A stretch of DNA of 61,576 nucleotides, filler included. It is 3 parts of 3 records of this genome, joined end to end, with 100 filler letters (N's around TTAATTAATTAA, not from the genome) between each part and the next. Parts side by side here need not be neighbours in the genome. Positions count along the whole stretch, not along the records: positions 31,908 to 61,576 come from SRR20825006_2522; 2 more parts are not named here. One strand, written 5' to 3'. The number at the start of each line of letters is the position of its first letter. Position 1 is the stretch's first letter. The translations under genes were made by a program, and so were the position numbers. Below the pieces are notes generated by a model. The model saw only the letters and a program-made list of their open reading frames with translations, searched no databases and was not told where the DNA came from. This document shows positions 58,586 through 61,576 of this stretch, in pieces.

Positions 58586-60478
58586 TCACTGCAGGCGCTG
58601 GAGACTGCCCTGTTTGAACTGACCCCAGCGCATTTCGCGTTCAACCTGACCCGCTTCGTTAACCGACAGATCGCCGGTTGCGCCCTGGTAAACCTGTTCC
58701 GGCTGGCGGCTCAGTTGATTGAGTTCAGAAATCAGCCGGTAGGCATCGGTGCCCATTGCATAAAGTCTGAGCAGACTACCGGGTTTACCCTGTGTCTGGC
58801 TGAGCACTGCCTGATAGGCTTGATCCTGATTTGTCTCATCAACAAACATCCATGGAATATCAGTAATAATGAGATCGTTTAAGTCGATATCCTGCTGTGG
58901 GTCCGCTTGGCCGCTGTAGGCATGTGAGGTTGCAATCAAAGGCAGGTCACCACTACGGTGAAATTTGAGCTGAGGCACCAGTTGCCGGGCTTTAAGTGGT
59001 CTCGCGACAAGGAACAGAAAATCAATATCCTGGCGCCGGCGCGGTTCAAAATCCAGTGAACGTCCCAATACGCTTTTCAAGGTACGGTAGCGCTGTTCAC
59101 TGACGTCCAGTCCCATCAACGGAATCAAGGTGTCACGGAAATCGTTCTCGGACTCGCTGTAGCTGGCTACCGATAGAATATTGCCCCCTTCTTCACGCCA
59201 TGCCTGGCTGAAGGCAGTTGCGACGCGGTCACCCCAGTCACCCTGAGGTGCCAGAATGACGGCATGTTGATAGCCTTTGCGGCGGGCAAAATCGGCCACT
59301 GCCATGGCGTCATCTTCCGGTGCCAGACCGAACTGGTAAAGATTCGGTCGCTTCAAGCCGGCCTCGATACGGTTCAGCGCCAGCGCCGGCACCGGTAAAT
59401 CAGGTAGTTTTGCCAGCGCTTCAACAGAAGGCTTCTGCAGCGGGCCGATGACCACACTTGCGCCGCGAGAGATGGCTTCCTGATAAAGTTGGGCAACATT
59501 ACTGCGCCCTGAGTAAGGATCGGTTTCTACATCCAGAAAATGCAGTCTGCTGCTGGCACCACTAGCATAGTGTGCTGCGATGATACCTTGTTTAATGGCA
59601 CGGCCCGCGTCTACAAACGGTCCCTCAACAGGCAGCATCACCGCAATATCACCGATCTGCTGAGGCAGACGGGTGCCTGCAGCCTTGAGGCTGTCTTTGT
59701 ACAGGCTGGGATCCGCCGGATGATTGGGATAACTGCGGCGCCAATCTTCCAGCGCGACCTCTAATGTTTCCGGGTTGTCCTGATAAGCCTTGATCGCATA
59801 GGCCAGCGCGAACCAGCCGCTGTCATCAGCAGGCGGATAACCGGGGTTGTGGAGATCAAGCGCCTGTGGCGTCATTTGCTGGAGCGCCTGCCACAGGGTT
59901 TCGCGGTTCTGCTCTATGGCCGCTTCATCACTTAGTAACTTTTCCAGCTGCAGATGGGTGTTGGCTTTTTCCAGCCAGTTGCTGGTGAGGGTGTAGGCAT
60001 CAGAGCGCAGCTTCAGCAGTTTGACTCTGTCTTCAGCGTTGAGGCTGCTTACATCTATATCTGTCAGTGCCGCCAAAGCCGCCTCACCCTGACTGTTGAA
60101 TAGCGCGATTTCTGCCCCGACCACCGCTGCACTGAATTGCTTGTCATTACTCAGCAGCTGTTTGTTTACCTGCTGCAGAGCGGTGTTGGCCTGTTCAACC
60201 TGGCCGGTTTGCCAGAACAATTCGGCTGCGCGCAGGAAGTAAAGGGCCTGGCGTTCACCATCATATTCGGTCGCCAATTGCAGGTATTCTTCCGCAGCCT
60301 GTTGATATTGCCCTTCAGTTTCAGCCGGGACCGTTTCTATCTCTGTGGGCTGGGTTCTGCTTAAAGGACCTTGAACGGGCTGGCAGGCAGTCAGGAACAG
60401 GAGAATAATGGCCGGTAACAGCAACAAGCGTGTGAGGGGCATATCTGGTGTCTGTGTTGTTAACATGGGAAGCATCAT
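58586..60478 (-). CDS. lpoA: Penicillin-binding protein activator LpoA/LppC
   Basis: Lipobox LTAC, YPNHPA, IAVMLP, VIGPL, FGLAPEDDA, LYAMGTDAY. Confidence 0.9.
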   Translation of the reverse strand: MMLPMLTTQTPDMPLTRLLLLPAIILLFLTACQPVQGPLSRTQPTEIETVPAETEGQYQQAAEEYLQLATEYDGERQALYFLRAAELFWQTGQVEQANTALQQVNKQLLSNDKQFSAAVVGAEIALFNSQGEAALAALTDIDVSSLNAEDRVKLLKLRSDAYTLTSNWLEKANTHLQLEKLLSDEAAIEQNRETLWQALQQMTPQALDLHNPGYPPADDSGWFALAYAIKAYQDNPETLEVALEDWRRSYPNHPADPSLYKDSLKAAGTRLPQQIGDIAVMLPVEGPFVDAGRAIKQGIIAAHYASGASSRLHFLDVETDPYSGRSNVAQLYQEAISRGASVVIGPLQKPSVEALAKLPDLPVPALALNRIEAGLKRPNLYQFGLAPEDDAMAVADFARRKGYQHAVILAPQGDWGDRVATAFSQAWREEGGNILSVASYSESENDFRDTLIPLMGLDVSEQRYRTLKSVLGRSLDFEPRRRQDIDFLFLVARPLKARQLVPQLKFHRSGDLPLIATSHAYSGQADPQQDIDLNDLIITDIPWMFVDETNQDQAYQAVLSQTQGKPGSLLRLYAMGTDAYRLISELNQLSRQPEQVYQGATGDLSVNEAGQVEREMRWGQFKQGSLQRLQ

Positions 60479-60533
60479 CTTACCTGTTCGCGTATATTAC
60501 GACCACAATTACACAGTGAATTAAGGAAAAATT

Positions 60534-61382
60534 GTGACTGCTTCACAAGCCGGACAATTGTTCGTGGTGGCCACACCGATAGGCAATTTGAGTGACTTCT
60601 CTGAGCGGGCCATTGAAACGCTGAAGTCAGTGGATCTGATCGCCGCGGAAGATACTCGCCACAGTAAGCCTTTGTTACAACATTTTGCCATTACGACGCC
60701 ACTGCTCTCCCTGCACGAGCACAATGAACAGCAGCGTAGCGAGCTGTTATTGCAGCGACTGCAGGCGGGTGAATCTATAGCGCTTATCAGTGATGCCGGT
60801 ACACCGCTTATCAGTGACCCGGGCTATCGACTGGTTACTCTGGTGAAGTCTCATGCTATTCAGGTGGTGCCTGTACCCGGCAGTTGCGCTTTAATCACGG
60901 CATTGTCAGCATCCGGTATTGCTTCGGACCGGTTCAGTTTTGAGGGTTTTCTGCCGCCCAAGTCCGGTGCCCGTCGTCAGCAGTTGTCACAGCTGAAAAA
61001 TGACCAACGAACGCTAATCTTCTATGAAAGCCCCCGCCGACTGCTGGATACGCTGAATGAGTGTATTGCGGTATTCGGTGCTGATCGTCGCGCCTGTCTG
61101 GCAAGGGAACTGACCAAGATTCATGAAACGATTGAAACCCGATCACTGCAGGACTTGCGTGACTGGGTGGCAGCAGATGCCAATCAGCAACGTGGCGAGT
61201 GTGTGTTGCTGATCGAGGGCGCTTCCGATGTTGTGACGACAGATGAACAGGAGATGCAACGGGTGCTGGCTTTGTTGTTAGCGGAATTGCCGGTGAAAAA
61301 GGCGGCGGCGATAACGGCCGGCATTACCGGCTGCAGTAAAAACGACGCCTATCAACTGGCGTTGAAACTACAGCAGAAATAA
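60534..61382 (+). CDS. rsmI: 16S rRNA C1402 2'-O-methyltransferase
   Basis: VATPIGNL, AAEDTR, SDAGTPLISDPG, FYESP, RELTKIHE. Confidence 0.96.
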   Translation: MTASQAGQLFVVATPIGNLSDFSERAIETLKSVDLIAAEDTRHSKPLLQHFAITTPLLSLHEHNEQQRSELLLQRLQAGESIALISDAGTPLISDPGYRLVTLVKSHAIQVVPVPGSCALITALSASGIASDRFSFEGFLPPKSGARRQQLSQLKNDQRTLIFYESPRRLLDTLNECIAVFGADRRACLARELTKIHETIETRSLQDLRDWVAADANQQRGECVLLIEGASDVVTTDEQEMQRVLALLLAELPVKKAAAITAGITGCSKNDAYQLALKLQQK

Positions 61383-61408
61383 AAGCGCTGAGGTAAAATA
61401 GTCGACTT

Positions 61409-61576
61409 GAGACGACCAGACAATCGCGCCTGCCACGGCAGGTGAGGAAAGTCCGGGCTCCATAGGGTAAGGTGCCAGGTAACACCTGGGAGGCGTAAGC
61501 CTACGGCCAGTGCAACAGAGAGTATACCGCCGGCTTGTTCGCAAACCGGTAAGGGTGAAAGGGTGCGGTAAGAGCG
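61409..61576 (+). ncRNA. rnpB: RNase P RNA, class A (3'-truncated)
   Basis: GAGGAAAGTCCGGGCTCC, AGTGCAACAGAGAG, GGTAAGGGTGAAAGGGTGCGGTAAGAGC conserved blocks; typical position after rsmI. Confidence 0.97.

Overview
The window is not one genome. It is three unrelated contigs joined by 100-bp artificial linkers (N44-TTAATTAATTAA-N44 at 23671-23770 and 31808-31907). Segment 1 (1-23670) is AT-rich and looks like Flavobacteriaceae, with Bacteroidota TAnnTTTG promoter elements. It carries ettA, an acyl-CoA carboxylase beta subunit, the menA-menC-menE cluster, a GH13 glucosidase, an AraC-linked DoxX/SDR/MBL/AKR module, mnmA and a fasciclin lipoprotein. Segment 2 (23771-31807) is GC-rich and probably alphaproteobacterial, and it is the most interesting part. 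A PepSY-TM/NqrF-like fused reductase is followed by a co-oriented luxR-luxI-(sORF)-gntR-ATM1-like ABC-lasso B-lasso C locus. This looks like an AHL quorum-sensing pair attached to a lasso-peptide biosynthetic cluster. No canonical precursor is visible, and the cyclase is cut by the contig end. Segment 3 (31908-61576) is gammaproteobacterial (Methylophaga-like by inference) and mostly housekeeping: katG, sulfite reductase, apaH, ribH-nusB-thiL-pgpA, rnd, moaB, rlmB, rpsF-rpsR-rplI, dnaB-alr-radA, hemJ, dolP-yraN-lpoA-rsmI and rnpB. It also holds an AT-richer minor-pilin island ending in a ~600-aa Cys-rich PilV-like protein, and rlmB appears to need a non-canonical start codon. All calls come from motif recognition by eye; no searches were run.
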